Below, piece by piece: positions 17,244 through 26,527 of a DNA stretch of 64,000 nucleotides (its first letter is position 1; each line of letters begins with the position of its first letter). The DNA is from a virus: positions 32,001 through 96,000 of the IMG/VR virus record IMGVR_UViG_3300027708_000032. One strand, 5' to 3'. The position numbers and the translations under genes were made by a program. The notes beneath the pieces are model-generated. The model saw only the letters and a list, made by a program, of their open reading frames with translations, searched no databases and was not told the origin of the DNA.

Positions 17244-17594
17244 TTAATAGTTATAACGTTGTTTAAAAAATGTATCAAGATCTGATGGGGTAGATGTTCT
17301 AGACTTAGTTATCTTATCACTGTACACTTTCTGAATAACCACTCTAGATGTTCCTACATCTGTAAGTCTGTTTTCTATATCTTCAATTCTAGCATCATAC
17401 TGAGCTGTAAGACTATCTATCTCTATCTGTTTTTTAATAAGTTCTAAGTTATTAGCCTCAAGATCTTCTATTTTCTTTTGTAGTTCTTTAGTGTCTTGTG
17501 GTAATACTACTTTAGGAGTGAGGACATTTACAAGAATAATAACTCCTATTACTATTCCAAGTCCAATTAATGCATACTTTGCGTACTTGTTCAT
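17244..17594 (-). CDS. N-anchored coiled-coil membrane protein (i-spanin-like)
   Basis: N-terminal TM followed by coiled coil; lysis context. Confidence 0.55.
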   Translation of the reverse strand: MNKYAKYALIGLGIVIGVIILVNVLTPKVVLPQDTKELQKKIEDLEANNLELIKKQIEIDSLTAQYDARIEDIENRLTDVGTSRVVIQKVYSDKITKSRTSTPSDLDTFFKQRYNY

Positions 17595-17606
17595 ATATGT
17601 TTGTTT

Positions 17607-18023
17607 TTAATTGTATACTTTTATTTCTATAGTAAATGAAGTATTAGCAACAACATCTATTCTAGATCCTTGATAGTTTGTAGTTAAAAAATAAATTTGA
17701 TCTGTATCAATATAGCCATATTGAATATGTAATGGATACGCAGTTCCATACGAAATAATTGATGTATTTAATACAGAAGTTTTATTAGGAGTAAATAACC
17801 CCTCTCCAAAACATTTAATTAATGGACCAGAACCCTCATAAGTCCAAACAATATTTCCAAGTGTATTTTCTATTACTGTTACTATAGGATCACTTGTACC
17901 ATTTGGTTTTACTAAAGCTGTATACACTTTATAAGAAGGGTTATTTACAGTATGAGCAACAGCTCTTATTCTTCTGTCATTGTAGTTAAGTCTACCAAAT
18001 ATGTCTGTATAGTTAGGATTCAT
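17607..18023 (-). CDS. Bacteroidota-phage structural-type domain protein
   Basis: YKVYTAL...GT..P...V.ENTLG.I.W.Y...FT.NKT...IEIKVY pattern. Confidence 0.6.
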   Translation of the reverse strand: MNPNYTDIFGRLNYNDRRIRAVAHTVNNPSYKVYTALVKPNGTSDPIVTVIENTLGNIVWTYEGSGPLIKCFGEGLFTPNKTSVLNTSIISYGTAYPLHIQYGYIDTDQIYFLTTNYQGSRIDVVANTSFTIEIKVYN

Positions 18024-18339
18024 GCTCTATATATTTTTTAATGTCAAAGATTTCTTCATGCTTAAAATACTTATCATAAGATGACTGCCTTACTGTTTCA
18101 ACATTACCTACTAACTTCTTATTAAACGTAGCCTGCTCTAACATTTTTACATCTTTCTCAAGACTTTCAATCTTAGTCTTGTCTATATTAGACTGAGCTA
18201 ATAAAGCTTTAACATCTGATCTTAGCTCCGAGACATCTCTCCAGATTAACATTGCTAAGATACTAAGTAAAGATGGAAATAAATATACTTTTACAGTATT
18301 TCCAATGTTATGTTTTTGGGAGTTTTGCACAGGTGTCAT
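18013..18339 (-). CDS. membrane protein (TM + coiled coil), holin/antiholin-like
   Basis: LFPSLLSILAMLIW TM followed by coiled coil; first gene of the minus-strand block. Confidence 0.6.
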   Translation of the reverse strand: MTPVQNSQKHNIGNTVKVYLFPSLLSILAMLIWRDVSELRSDVKALLAQSNIDKTKIESLEKDVKMLEQATFNKKLVGNVETVRQSSYDKYFKHEEIFDIKKYIEHES

Positions 18340-18462
18340 TTTTAGACAGATGTTTTTAATTAGTTTTCATATATTTGTTACCCTTTGTGATGAAGTTCAC
18401 AATATAATATACGATTTTTTTACTTCATAAAATATAAACCACCCCTTAAACTTAAAATAGTT
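18340..18462. promoter_or_regulatory. divergent promoter region
   Basis: TATATTTG (-7 box) at 18370-18377 on +; CGTATATTATATTG on - strand ahead of the lysis block. Confidence 0.5.
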
Positions 18463-18924
18463 ATGCCTAGAGACATAAAAGAAGAAAAAGAGTTTACTAA
18501 ACACTTTGTAAAGAGGTTTTATAGAAAGTTTAATTACTATCCTACAGTAATTATAAACAAAGAAAGAGCTAGTGATGATTATAACTTACTCAGTCTGAGT
18601 CAGTTAGAAGAATGCTTTACACCCTTTCTGCCTACATTACGTAATAAGATTATACCATTAAACAGTAGAGAAAGAATAAGAGAAATAACAGAGCTAAGAC
18701 ATGTATTTTGTTTCTTAGCTAGAAGCATGAACTTTAAAGTGACCACTATAGGTAGATATCTAGGTGGTAGAGACCATACCACTGTAGTACACAGTGTAAT
18801 GGTTTTCAAGAACTTATATGAAACAGATGAAGCATTTAGAGAGAAATTTAAACGTATTACTAACCACATAAAACAAAAGTATGAGTCATCAATTATGGAG
18901 CACGTTGATCAAGCATGGAATTAG
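18463..18924 (+). CDS. stand-alone DnaA C-terminal (domain IV) HTH protein
   Basis: R.REI...R....FLAR......TIGRYLGGRDHTTVVHS; no AAA+ domain. Confidence 0.88.
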   Translation: MPRDIKEEKEFTKHFVKRFYRKFNYYPTVIINKERASDDYNLLSLSQLEECFTPFLPTLRNKIIPLNSRERIREITELRHVFCFLARSMNFKVTTIGRYLGGRDHTTVVHSVMVFKNLYETDEAFREKFKRITNHIKQKYESSIMEHVDQAWN

Positions 18925-19468
18925 TCCAAACCAAATGTATTTTTTAGACTGCTGTAGATCCAGCATTAAACCAAGTAGTATCATCAATCAGGATGCTGAG
19001 AAAATGATATGTGTAGCTAAATGTCTTATTAATGAACAAGGTGAGCTTACTAACCTTGGAGCCACTGTATTAAATGAGTTTGAAGCTTATTTAGTTAAAC
19101 GTAAGAAAGCTATAACAAGAGAAGTTTTAGGTCCAGATTTTAAAGCTAAAGTAGAAGAGTACATAAAATTATGGCCTGCTATGACGCTTCCTTCTGGAAA
19201 AGCAGCTAGACAAGGTAAAAATGATATAGAAAAAAAGTTTGTAGTTTTCTTTAAAGACTATCCAGAGTATGATTGGAATCTAGTATTGGATGCCACTCAA
19301 ATTTATGTACAAGAGTTTGAAAAGAAAGATTATAGATTTATGGTAAACAGTTTATATTTTATTAGTAAAACTAATAATATGACTAAAGATTCTACATCTG
19401 ACTTAGCCAGTAGATGTCAGGTTATATTAGACAACCCTGCAGAATTAAACAAAATTGAACAAAGATGA
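18881..19468 (+). CDS. putative replisome organiser/helicase loader
   Basis: Lies between the DnaA_C and DnaB genes; WP..LPSGK.AR...K.F....Y....V..AT..YV pattern. Confidence 0.5.
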   Translation: MSHQLWSTLIKHGISPNQMYFLDCCRSSIKPSSIINQDAEKMICVAKCLINEQGELTNLGATVLNEFEAYLVKRKKAITREVLGPDFKAKVEEYIKLWPAMTLPSGKAARQGKNDIEKKFVVFFKDYPEYDWNLVLDATQIYVQEFEKKDYRFMVNSLYFISKTNNMTKDSTSDLASRCQVILDNPAELNKIEQR

Positions 19469-19477
19469 TAAAATAAT

Positions 19478-19509
19478 TTTGGTGTTTTAAAAAAAACTAT
19501 ATACATTTA
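19478..19509 (+). promoter_or_regulatory. Bacteroidota-type promoter upstream of dnaB
   Basis: TTTG-N20-TACATTTA (one mismatch to consensus). Confidence 0.55.
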
Positions 19510-19536
19510 CAGTACAAAAAGCAAAATCACAATAAC

Positions 19537-20577
19537 ATGTCACAAGCAGAGAGACACTACGGTGCAAAGAAGTATTCTGAAATACTCAACGAAGGTCTTC
19601 AATATATAAAAGATAGAAAGTCTGGTAAGATAAAATCTTTTAAAACCCCATGGAATAGTTTAAACAACGCAGGTGTTGGTGGTCTTGAGTGGGGAGCTAT
19701 GCTAACAATAGCAGCACGTCCAGGTGCAGGTAAGACAATGTTAGTTTCTCATATTATAAGAGAGAGTAAAATTTTAAATCCCACACAAGATTTTAATATT
19801 TTAGAATTTCAGTTTGAGATGGCTCCAAAACAAACTGCATCTAGAGATTTTGCTGCTCTTACAGCTTTAGACTATGATATAGTGTTAAGTACTAGACAAG
19901 CAGTAGATGACTATTCTGTAGAGATGATGGAAAAATATGTAAAAGAAACTGAAAGGCTTGAGGGACAAGGTGTACATAGACTACAGATTAATAATCCTCT
20001 TACACATAAAGACATGGAAAAGGCTATTCATCATTATTATAATGCAATGGGTGGTAAACCTATGATTGTTACTATAGATCATAGCTGGCTTATGAAAAAA
20101 GACGTAGGAGATAAAGAGAAGATTAACACTCTTTATAACACTGTAGAAATGCTTATGCAGGTTAAAAATAAGCTACCTATTATTGTACTTATGATATCTC
20201 AGCTTAACAGAGATATAGAAGATCCAGGAAGAAAAACACCAGGTAGTATTCAAAACTACCCAACTAGTAGTGACATATTTGGTGGTGATGCTCTTATGCA
20301 GGGTTCAGATATGGTGCTAGTTCTTACTAGACCATTTAGATCAGAGATCAGATGTTATGGTCCTAAACAATTTCAAACTACTAAAGAAGATATATTCGGT
20401 CATATTCTAAAATCTAGAAATGGTTCTGATGATGATAATATCATTTACATGAAAGGAGACTTTAAGAAACAGAGTATGATTGAAAGTCCTCCTCCTATAG
20501 CTAGTAACCCCTCAGGTACCTTTGTAGCAAGGAGTAGAAGTAGATTACAGTCCACAGATGCTGATATAAACATTTAA
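19537..20577 (+). CDS. dnaB: DnaB-like replicative helicase
   Basis: AARPGAGKT, FEM, IDH, SQLNR, KSRNG. Confidence 0.92.
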   Translation: MSQAERHYGAKKYSEILNEGLQYIKDRKSGKIKSFKTPWNSLNNAGVGGLEWGAMLTIAARPGAGKTMLVSHIIRESKILNPTQDFNILEFQFEMAPKQTASRDFAALTALDYDIVLSTRQAVDDYSVEMMEKYVKETERLEGQGVHRLQINNPLTHKDMEKAIHHYYNAMGGKPMIVTIDHSWLMKKDVGDKEKINTLYNTVEMLMQVKNKLPIIVLMISQLNRDIEDPGRKTPGSIQNYPTSSDIFGGDALMQGSDMVLVLTRPFRSEIRCYGPKQFQTTKEDIFGHILKSRNGSDDDNIIYMKGDFKKQSMIESPPPIASNPSGTFVARSRSRLQSTDADINI

Positions 20578-20616
20578 CATTTTCACCCAATACATTCACA
20601 ATTTAAAACAAACAAC

Positions 20617-21198
20617 ATGTTTCAGACAAACTTGCAACAAGCAAAAGTAGATGCTACTAATGCACAATGGAAAAAGGATAAGCTAGAAGCTATCCGTAGT
20701 TTTCACCAAGAACTTATTAGTGATCTTGGTATTGAAAGATCAGATTTTAACATGAAGATGCCATTCTATGATCAGAAAGCTAGAATGGTTGTAGGCATTT
20801 TTGCCTCAGAATTTAAGAAGGACAAAGGTTTCTTCTTTGAACTAGTAACAAGACAGCTAGACCCTGCAGACGAAGAACGCAAAGTTTACAGAGTGGCTCC
20901 TAGTGGTAGTTATGAAGAAGAGTATGAACTGAATGAAAAAGGTTCTTATCTTGTTCCTGTTGAAGAACTAAGAGTGGTTAATCCAGACTCTGTAGCTATT
21001 AGTAAATCATCAGCTGTTACAGCTAGTGATAACTTTCTAAAAGGAACACAGCCTTTAGTAGAAAGATACAAAGCTCCAGCTCCTATGGAAGATGCTGCTT
21101 ATAGTGAGATGACCATCAGAGACTACTATGCTATTCATAGTGGTAAACCAGTAAGTGCTAAGAACTGGTTGAACGAACTTATAAAAAACAACAAGTAA
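20617..21198 (+). CDS. hypothetical protein
   Basis: ORF track; C-terminal MTIRDYYA motif. Confidence 0.8.
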   Translation: MFQTNLQQAKVDATNAQWKKDKLEAIRSFHQELISDLGIERSDFNMKMPFYDQKARMVVGIFASEFKKDKGFFFELVTRQLDPADEERKVYRVAPSGSYEEEYELNEKGSYLVPVEELRVVNPDSVAISKSSAVTASDNFLKGTQPLVERYKAPAPMEDAAYSEMTIRDYYAIHSGKPVSAKNWLNELIKNNK

Positions 21199-21199
21199 T

Positions 21200-21883
21200 A
21201 TGGCACACGGTATTTTAATTATTGCAGAGTCAGGTGCTGGTAAATCTACCAGCATCGAGACTCTCGATCCTACAGAAACATTTATTATTAATGTAGCTAA
21301 CAAAGCTCTACCTTTTAAAGGCTGGCGTAAGAAGTACAGTATCTGGAGTAAGGAAAATCCTTCTGGAAATATGTATGACAAAGCTGGTCCTGAGAATATA
21401 GAAGCTTGTCTTAAATACATTAGTGAGAAACGTCCAGAAATTAAGACAGTAGTAGTAGATGACTTTCAGTACATGTCAAGCTTTGAGTTCTTTGATAAAG
21501 CTGATGAGAAAGGGTACGAGAAGTTCACTAAGATTGGTGCACACTTAGCTCGTATAGCTAGAATGCCCAAGGATCTAAGAGAAGACTTACAGATTTATTT
21601 TCTTACGCATGCTGAAGAGTCTACAGACTTAGAAGGTAAACGTAAGTTTAAGGCTAAGACCATAGGTAAGATGGTGGATGAAAAGCTTACCCTAGAAGGT
21701 TTGTTCTCTATTGTTCTATTTGGTAAGACCAAGAAAAACAAAGAGGGAGAAATCAGATATGTATTTGAAACTCAGACTAACGGTGAGAATACATGTAAGA
21801 GTCCTAGAGGTATGTTTGATACATTAGAAATACCAAACGACCTTAAACTTGTACGAGACTCTATTATAGCTTACGAGAATTAA
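21200..21883 (+). CDS. Sak4/AAA_24-like P-loop ATPase
   Basis: ESGAGKS, VVDDFQY, THAE, KTIGKM, KSP.GMF. Confidence 0.85.
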   Translation: MAHGILIIAESGAGKSTSIETLDPTETFIINVANKALPFKGWRKKYSIWSKENPSGNMYDKAGPENIEACLKYISEKRPEIKTVVVDDFQYMSSFEFFDKADEKGYEKFTKIGAHLARIARMPKDLREDLQIYFLTHAEESTDLEGKRKFKAKTIGKMVDEKLTLEGLFSIVLFGKTKKNKEGEIRYVFETQTNGENTCKSPRGMFDTLEIPNDLKLVRDSIIAYEN

Positions 21884-21912
21884 CTTTTATTATAAATTAA
21901 AATCACAAAAAA

Positions 21913-22536
21913 ATGTTTAGTACCAAAGGACAAGAAGTAAAACAAGGTAGCTCCGTTTCTAAATCTTTAGAACCAGGAGTGGCATTAGCACACATTTATA
22001 GTGCTAACGTAAGAACAGCATCTACAGGAAAGAAATGTTTAGAATTGGTTCTTGAAGGACCAGCTCTAGAAAACTTTGAAGGTTGGGCTGTGGATAAAAA
22101 TAACCAAGAAGGAACTAAGTTTAGAGGCCAGTCTGCTAAAGTTAGTGCAACCATCTACACTGCAGATTATGATAGCAGTGACATTAACAAGAATGACATT
22201 CTAAGAAAGATCATCACTATTGCTGATGAAGCTGGTCTTAGAACTGAAGTGGATGCTCTATCTGGAGATGGTAGTATCACTACCATTGAACAGTGGGTGG
22301 AAGCTGCAGCTAATGTTCTTAAAAACCAATCTTTATATTTCTTCTTAGTAGGTACTGAGAAAGAATATAACGGTAAAACTATTTTGATATTGTCTCTTCC
22401 AAAGTATAAGTTTTGTGCGGCTGATCCAAGCAAGCTTAACAAGTTTGACAAGAACAATAAGTATCACTATATAGCACTAACTAACAAACCTGTATCAGGT
22501 TTTGAACCAGCTAGTGATGACTTCGGAGGTCTTTAA
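21913..22536 (+). CDS. putative single-stranded DNA-binding protein
   Basis: Follows the Sak4-like gene; acidic/aromatic tail ASDDFGGL. Confidence 0.55.
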   Translation: MFSTKGQEVKQGSSVSKSLEPGVALAHIYSANVRTASTGKKCLELVLEGPALENFEGWAVDKNNQEGTKFRGQSAKVSATIYTADYDSSDINKNDILRKIITIADEAGLRTEVDALSGDGSITTIEQWVEAAANVLKNQSLYFFLVGTEKEYNGKTILILSLPKYKFCAADPSKLNKFDKNNKYHYIALTNKPVSGFEPASDDFGGL

Positions 22537-22567
22537 TTTATATAAAGGTTTAGTTTTTCTGATTGAC

Positions 22568-22599
22568 AAGGGGAATGTTTCTACATTCCCCTTATTTTT
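22568..22599 (+). terminator. rho-independent terminator
   Basis: AAGGGGAATGT-TTCT-ACATTCCCCTT + ATTTTT. Confidence 0.8.
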
Positions 22600-22616
22600 G
22601 TAATAAACTTTAATGT

Positions 22617-23687
22617 ATGTTCAAAACTAAAGATCTTATACATAATATAAAAGATGTTCCTGGAACATGGATATTTGAGCATTTCTGTAAGCTTAAACAT
22701 AAACTTACAGGTGAAGATGTTAAGATTAAAAGTATGTTCAATCCTAATGAACGCACACCTAGTATGTGTATTTATGTAAACAAAGATGGAACGTATTTAT
22801 TTAAAGATTTTTCTACAGGTAAAGGTGGTGATGGTGTTACGCTTGTAAAAGAAATAACAGGACTAGCTTTTAGTAAAGCCTGTGAGCTCATCATAGAAAA
22901 CTATAATGATTTTGTACTACACAATAATGGAGGACAAGATATACAAAAGTTTCAGAGGGCATCTAAGTACAAGGTGACAAGTACTAAGCCTAGATCATGG
23001 ACAACACAGGACCAGTATTACTGGACACAGTTTAACATTGGATCTAAGTTACTAAACGCACACCACGTTAAACCTTTAGAAAGTTATTGTATGACCAAAG
23101 AAGAAGATGAACTTTGTATAAAGGGACTCTATCTCTATGGTTATTTTAAAGAGGACGGTACGCTATATAAGATATACCAACCGAAGACACTAGATAAGAA
23201 GTTTATTAAAGTGTCAGATTATATACAAGGATATGAGCAGATACACAGAACTGATAATCTGCTAATCACGTCTAGTCTTAAAGATGTTATGTCTATTAAA
23301 TCTTTAAAGCTTGATATAGATGTTATAGCTCCTGATAGTGAGAACACCATGCTTAAACCAGATGTCATGGAACAACTACATGAAAGATATAAAAACATTG
23401 TAGTGTTGTTTGATAATGATGATGCAGGTGTTGCAGCTATGAAGAAATATAAAGAAACATATCCCTATGTTGAAGTGGCCGTTCTACCTATGAGTAAGGA
23501 TGTATCAGATAGTATAAAAGATTTTGGAGCTAAAGAAGTTAGAAACAGATTAGTTCCTATCTTAGATAGAAAATTAAAATATGACAAAGAAGAAGAGAGT
23601 AACAGCTCCCAAGACAAGAAACGCAGGGACCATGACAGATGCTGCTTTCTGGAGTTTCATAAGAAGTGCACTACGACAGAAGTCTAG
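22617..23687 (+). CDS. DNA primase (TOPRIM), crAss-type
   Basis: Degenerate Zn-finger region S.F...ERTPSM..FKDFSTGKGGD; ITSSLKDV; FDNDDAG. Confidence 0.88.
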   Translation: MFKTKDLIHNIKDVPGTWIFEHFCKLKHKLTGEDVKIKSMFNPNERTPSMCIYVNKDGTYLFKDFSTGKGGDGVTLVKEITGLAFSKACELIIENYNDFVLHNNGGQDIQKFQRASKYKVTSTKPRSWTTQDQYYWTQFNIGSKLLNAHHVKPLESYCMTKEEDELCIKGLYLYGYFKEDGTLYKIYQPKTLDKKFIKVSDYIQGYEQIHRTDNLLITSSLKDVMSIKSLKLDIDVIAPDSENTMLKPDVMEQLHERYKNIVVLFDNDDAGVAAMKKYKETYPYVEVAVLPMSKDVSDSIKDFGAKEVRNRLVPILDRKLKYDKEEESNSSQDKKRRDHDRCCFLEFHKKCTTTEV

Positions 23688-23964
23688 ATGGTGGAAACCT
23701 ATAGCTCAAGCTAAAGCAAAAGCTAAGAGATCTTATAAAGGTCCACTTAAGAGACAGAAGTTTGAGTATCAGTGTGCAGAGTGTTTAAACTGGTTTCCTG
23801 ATAAGGAGATCAATGTAGACCATGTTGTACCTGCTGGTACTTTAAGGTGTGCTGATGATCTTCCAGGTTTTGTAGAAAGATTATTTTGTGAAGTGGACAA
23901 TCTACAGGTGCTCTGTTCTACCTGCCACAATAAAAAAACACAACATGAAAAGTCCAAAAAGTAA
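23581..23964 (+). CDS. HNH endonuclease
   Basis: CAEC, VDHVVP, NLQVLCSTCHNKKT. Confidence 0.88.
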   Translation: MTKKKRVTAPKTRNAGTMTDAAFWSFIRSALRQKSRWWKPIAQAKAKAKRSYKGPLKRQKFEYQCAECLNWFPDKEINVDHVVPAGTLRCADDLPGFVERLFCEVDNLQVLCSTCHNKKTQHEKSKK

Positions 23965-24139
23965 ACAGGACCTTATAGAAAAAGTAGTGGAACAGATTAA
24001 AGAAGATGTCCACTGTGGTTATTATGAATCTTTAGAAGGACTGCTTGAAATTCTATCTGTAGATAATTTGATAGAATATTTACCAGAAGAAGACTGGAAA
24101 CAATTTAAACACTTAACAGATGACACCACAACTACATGA
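23945..24139 (+). CDS. hypothetical protein
   Basis: Likely start ATG 23945 (MKSPK). Confidence 0.65.
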   Translation: MKSPKSKQDLIEKVVEQIKEDVHCGYYESLEGLLEILSVDNLIEYLPEEDWKQFKHLTDDTTTT

Positions 24140-24326
24140 TACCATGATTGGTAAAAAACTTATAGAAGGTACAATACCAGATATAGCACATCAGCTTAAA
24201 AGAATAGCTGATATTTTAGAAAGTAAACAGCAAGACCAAGTGACATCAGCTTTTAAAGCTTATGTAAACAGTGGTGCATCAGATTCAGAAATTGTAAAAC
24301 AACTTAGAGAAATATGGCAGAAGTAA
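24120..24326 (+). CDS. hypothetical protein
   Basis: ORF track. Confidence 0.65.
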   Translation: MTPQLHDTMIGKKLIEGTIPDIAHQLKRIADILESKQQDQVTSAFKAYVNSGASDSEIVKQLREIWQK

Positions 24327-24466
24327 CAAACGGAAAGGATCTAAATGATCCTATCAACATTCAACATCTTATAGAATTTTTAGAGTATGAAGAGGCTCTA
24401 ACTAAAGACAAAGAAACAGCAACAAGAATTAGAATACTTTTAAAACTATTAGGTGTATGGAACTAG
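24314..24466 (+). CDS. hypothetical protein (50 aa)
   Basis: MAEVTNGKDLNDPINIQHLIEFLEYEEALTKDKETATRIRILLKLLGVWN fills the gap and overlaps both neighbours. Confidence 0.6.
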   Translation: MAEVTNGKDLNDPINIQHLIEFLEYEEALTKDKETATRIRILLKLLGVWN

Positions 24467-25485
24467 AAGATTTAATGAATGATTCTATAGAAAATTTAGA
24501 GAAAGAGTTTTACAGTAAGAGGTTTGAGTTTTCATATAGTAGCCTTAACAAGCTTATGTGGAACCCAGCAGTATTTCACCAGCTATATGTACTGGGATTA
24601 AAAGAAGAGAAGACAGATGCTCATCTTGTAAATGGTAAGATTATTCATGGATTATTGTTAGAACCTGAAAAGTTTTTAGATAATTTTATTGTTAGTCCTA
24701 GTAACTTACCAACAGGTAACACACGCACTGTCATAGACAGAGTGTATAGTCATCATGTAGAGCTTGCTAAGAATGGAGATGAGAGAGAAAATCTTGTAGA
24801 ATTTGCTAAAGCTATACTAGATATTCTTAAAGATATGAACCTTCATCAAAGTTTAAAAACAGATGAACAAAGATTAGATAAAATATTTACACCAGAGGCT
24901 GTAAACTATTGGCATTTTCTTAGAGCTAAAGGAGATAAGAATCTTATAGATGAAGAAACATATAACTATTGTGGTAGTGCTGTAGAAATTATTAGGAGTA
25001 ATAAAGATGTATGCAAGCTTATTGGTTGTGATGTAAATGAGTTTGAAAACAAGGAAGTTCTTAATGAGATAAAACTAAGTTGTAATGTGAACATGAAACC
25101 ATTTGGTCTTAAGGGTATTGTTGATAATTTAGTTATAGACCATGACCAAAAAATTGTGTATATTAATGATGTAAAGACTACTAGCAAAGACTTAAAAGAT
25201 TTTCCTGAAACTGTAGAGTTTTATTCTTATTGGATGCAAGCAGCTGTATATGCAAGCTTAGTTGTTTCTAACTATGCACATCTGATAGATGCAGGTTATA
25301 ATGTTAAGTTTAACTTTGTAGTGATAGATAAAATGTATAATGTTTATCCTTTTCCAGTTAGCCAAAGCACACTAATGACTTGGTTATCTAGATTGGAACA
25401 TGTTTTAGATAAAGCAGCATGGCATTATACTAATAATAATTTTAATCTACCATACGAATTTGCTCAGGGTCTTGTATCATTATAA
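24457..25485 (+). CDS. PD-(D/E)XK exonuclease (RecB/exonuclease VIII-like)
   Basis: FSYSSL, G.IIH..LLEP, KGIVD, DVKTT, Y.MQAAVY. Confidence 0.88.
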   Translation: MELEDLMNDSIENLEKEFYSKRFEFSYSSLNKLMWNPAVFHQLYVLGLKEEKTDAHLVNGKIIHGLLLEPEKFLDNFIVSPSNLPTGNTRTVIDRVYSHHVELAKNGDERENLVEFAKAILDILKDMNLHQSLKTDEQRLDKIFTPEAVNYWHFLRAKGDKNLIDEETYNYCGSAVEIIRSNKDVCKLIGCDVNEFENKEVLNEIKLSCNVNMKPFGLKGIVDNLVIDHDQKIVYINDVKTTSKDLKDFPETVEFYSYWMQAAVYASLVVSNYAHLIDAGYNVKFNFVVIDKMYNVYPFPVSQSTLMTWLSRLEHVLDKAAWHYTNNNFNLPYEFAQGLVSL

Positions 25486-25504
25486 CCCTTAAACCTTTAT
25501 AGAA

Positions 25505-26065
25505 ATGATAGACAAACTGTACAATAAATACTTTCAGAAATCAAAGTCATTTCTATATCCTACATTAGGTATAAAACGTAATAGCTACGCTTCTCCTCTG
25601 AACACCTACCTGTCTTTAGAAGGGCAGGTGGGTGCTCATGAGTGCAAGCTAATATGTTTATTCAAAAAAGATGCCTCAGATAGATACAAAGAGTTTGAAC
25701 AGAACATGCTTATCAGTAGTCCACTCTATCTAGAAAAGATAGAAACAGATGATGCTAACCTGTACGTGTTCAGTCTTGAGATATATGAGTCTGACTTTTT
25801 TAATGTTATACTTGGAAAGTATTCCAAACTATCTAATGTATTGAAGAAAGCCATAAGAGAACACTTTGGAGAAAGATCTAAAGAATATTCTTACATAGAA
25901 ACCTTTCTATATCCTGATAAGTTTTATCCAGTGTATGCTAAACTGTTAGATATAGATATAAATATCTTAGAAAAAACAAAAGAACTCTGTGATGCTGCAG
26001 ATTTAGAGCAAGAAACTTTAAAATTACCTAAAGAAAATTTGGAAGTTATGACAAAAACTTTATAA
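25505..26065 (+). CDS. hypothetical protein
   Basis: ORF track; S..FL.P.LG and GKYSK motifs. Confidence 0.8.
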   Translation: MIDKLYNKYFQKSKSFLYPTLGIKRNSYASPLNTYLSLEGQVGAHECKLICLFKKDASDRYKEFEQNMLISSPLYLEKIETDDANLYVFSLEIYESDFFNVILGKYSKLSNVLKKAIREHFGERSKEYSYIETFLYPDKFYPVYAKLLDIDINILEKTKELCDAADLEQETLKLPKENLEVMTKTL

Positions 26066-26070
26066 ATTTG
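26038..26070 (+). promoter_or_regulatory. Bacteroidota primary-sigma promoter
   Basis: TTTG (26038-26041) - N21 - TAAATTTG (26063-26070). Confidence 0.65.
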
Positions 26071-26087
26071 AAAAATAAAACCAACGT

Positions 26088-26507
26088 ATGAATAAAACAA
26101 TGATGTTAATTACCTCTACCTGGGGTAGTAATGCTCAGAAAACATTTAAGCTTATCCCTGTTACAGATGATTGTCCTTATAATGAAGGTATCTATGATGC
26201 AGATAGTAAAGTGTTAGCTCTTATTTCTAAAGAAAAGAAAGAGAGTATGCACATGTTACCTAAGCTTAATGAATGGGGTGATCTTACACCAATGAAAATT
26301 GGAAAGAGACCTAACGGAAAAGATTATGCTGAAGAGCGTAAAACATTAGAAACATTCTATGAGTATTATGTAGAGAATGTAGAAGAAGTTAAATACTTAC
26401 TAACTAGTCTCGCTATAAATTCAGATAGTTTTGATTACTCTGTGTACTTAGATGGTGCTCCAAAGAGCAAGATAGAAGCTGCACCAAGTTTAATTCAGAC
26501 TATCTAG
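26088..26507 (+). CDS. hypothetical protein
   Basis: ORF track. Confidence 0.8.
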   Translation: MNKTMMLITSTWGSNAQKTFKLIPVTDDCPYNEGIYDADSKVLALISKEKKESMHMLPKLNEWGDLTPMKIGKRPNGKDYAEERKTLETFYEYYVENVEEVKYLLTSLAINSDSFDYSVYLDGAPKSKIEAAPSLIQTI

Positions 26508-26527
26508 TCCTATTTTAAAACCAACAC

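Noticed and set aside
22089-22097. Perfect DnaA box (TGTGGATAA)
   Set aside because: Single copy noticed, inside a coding region; about one is expected by chance in 64 kb of this composition
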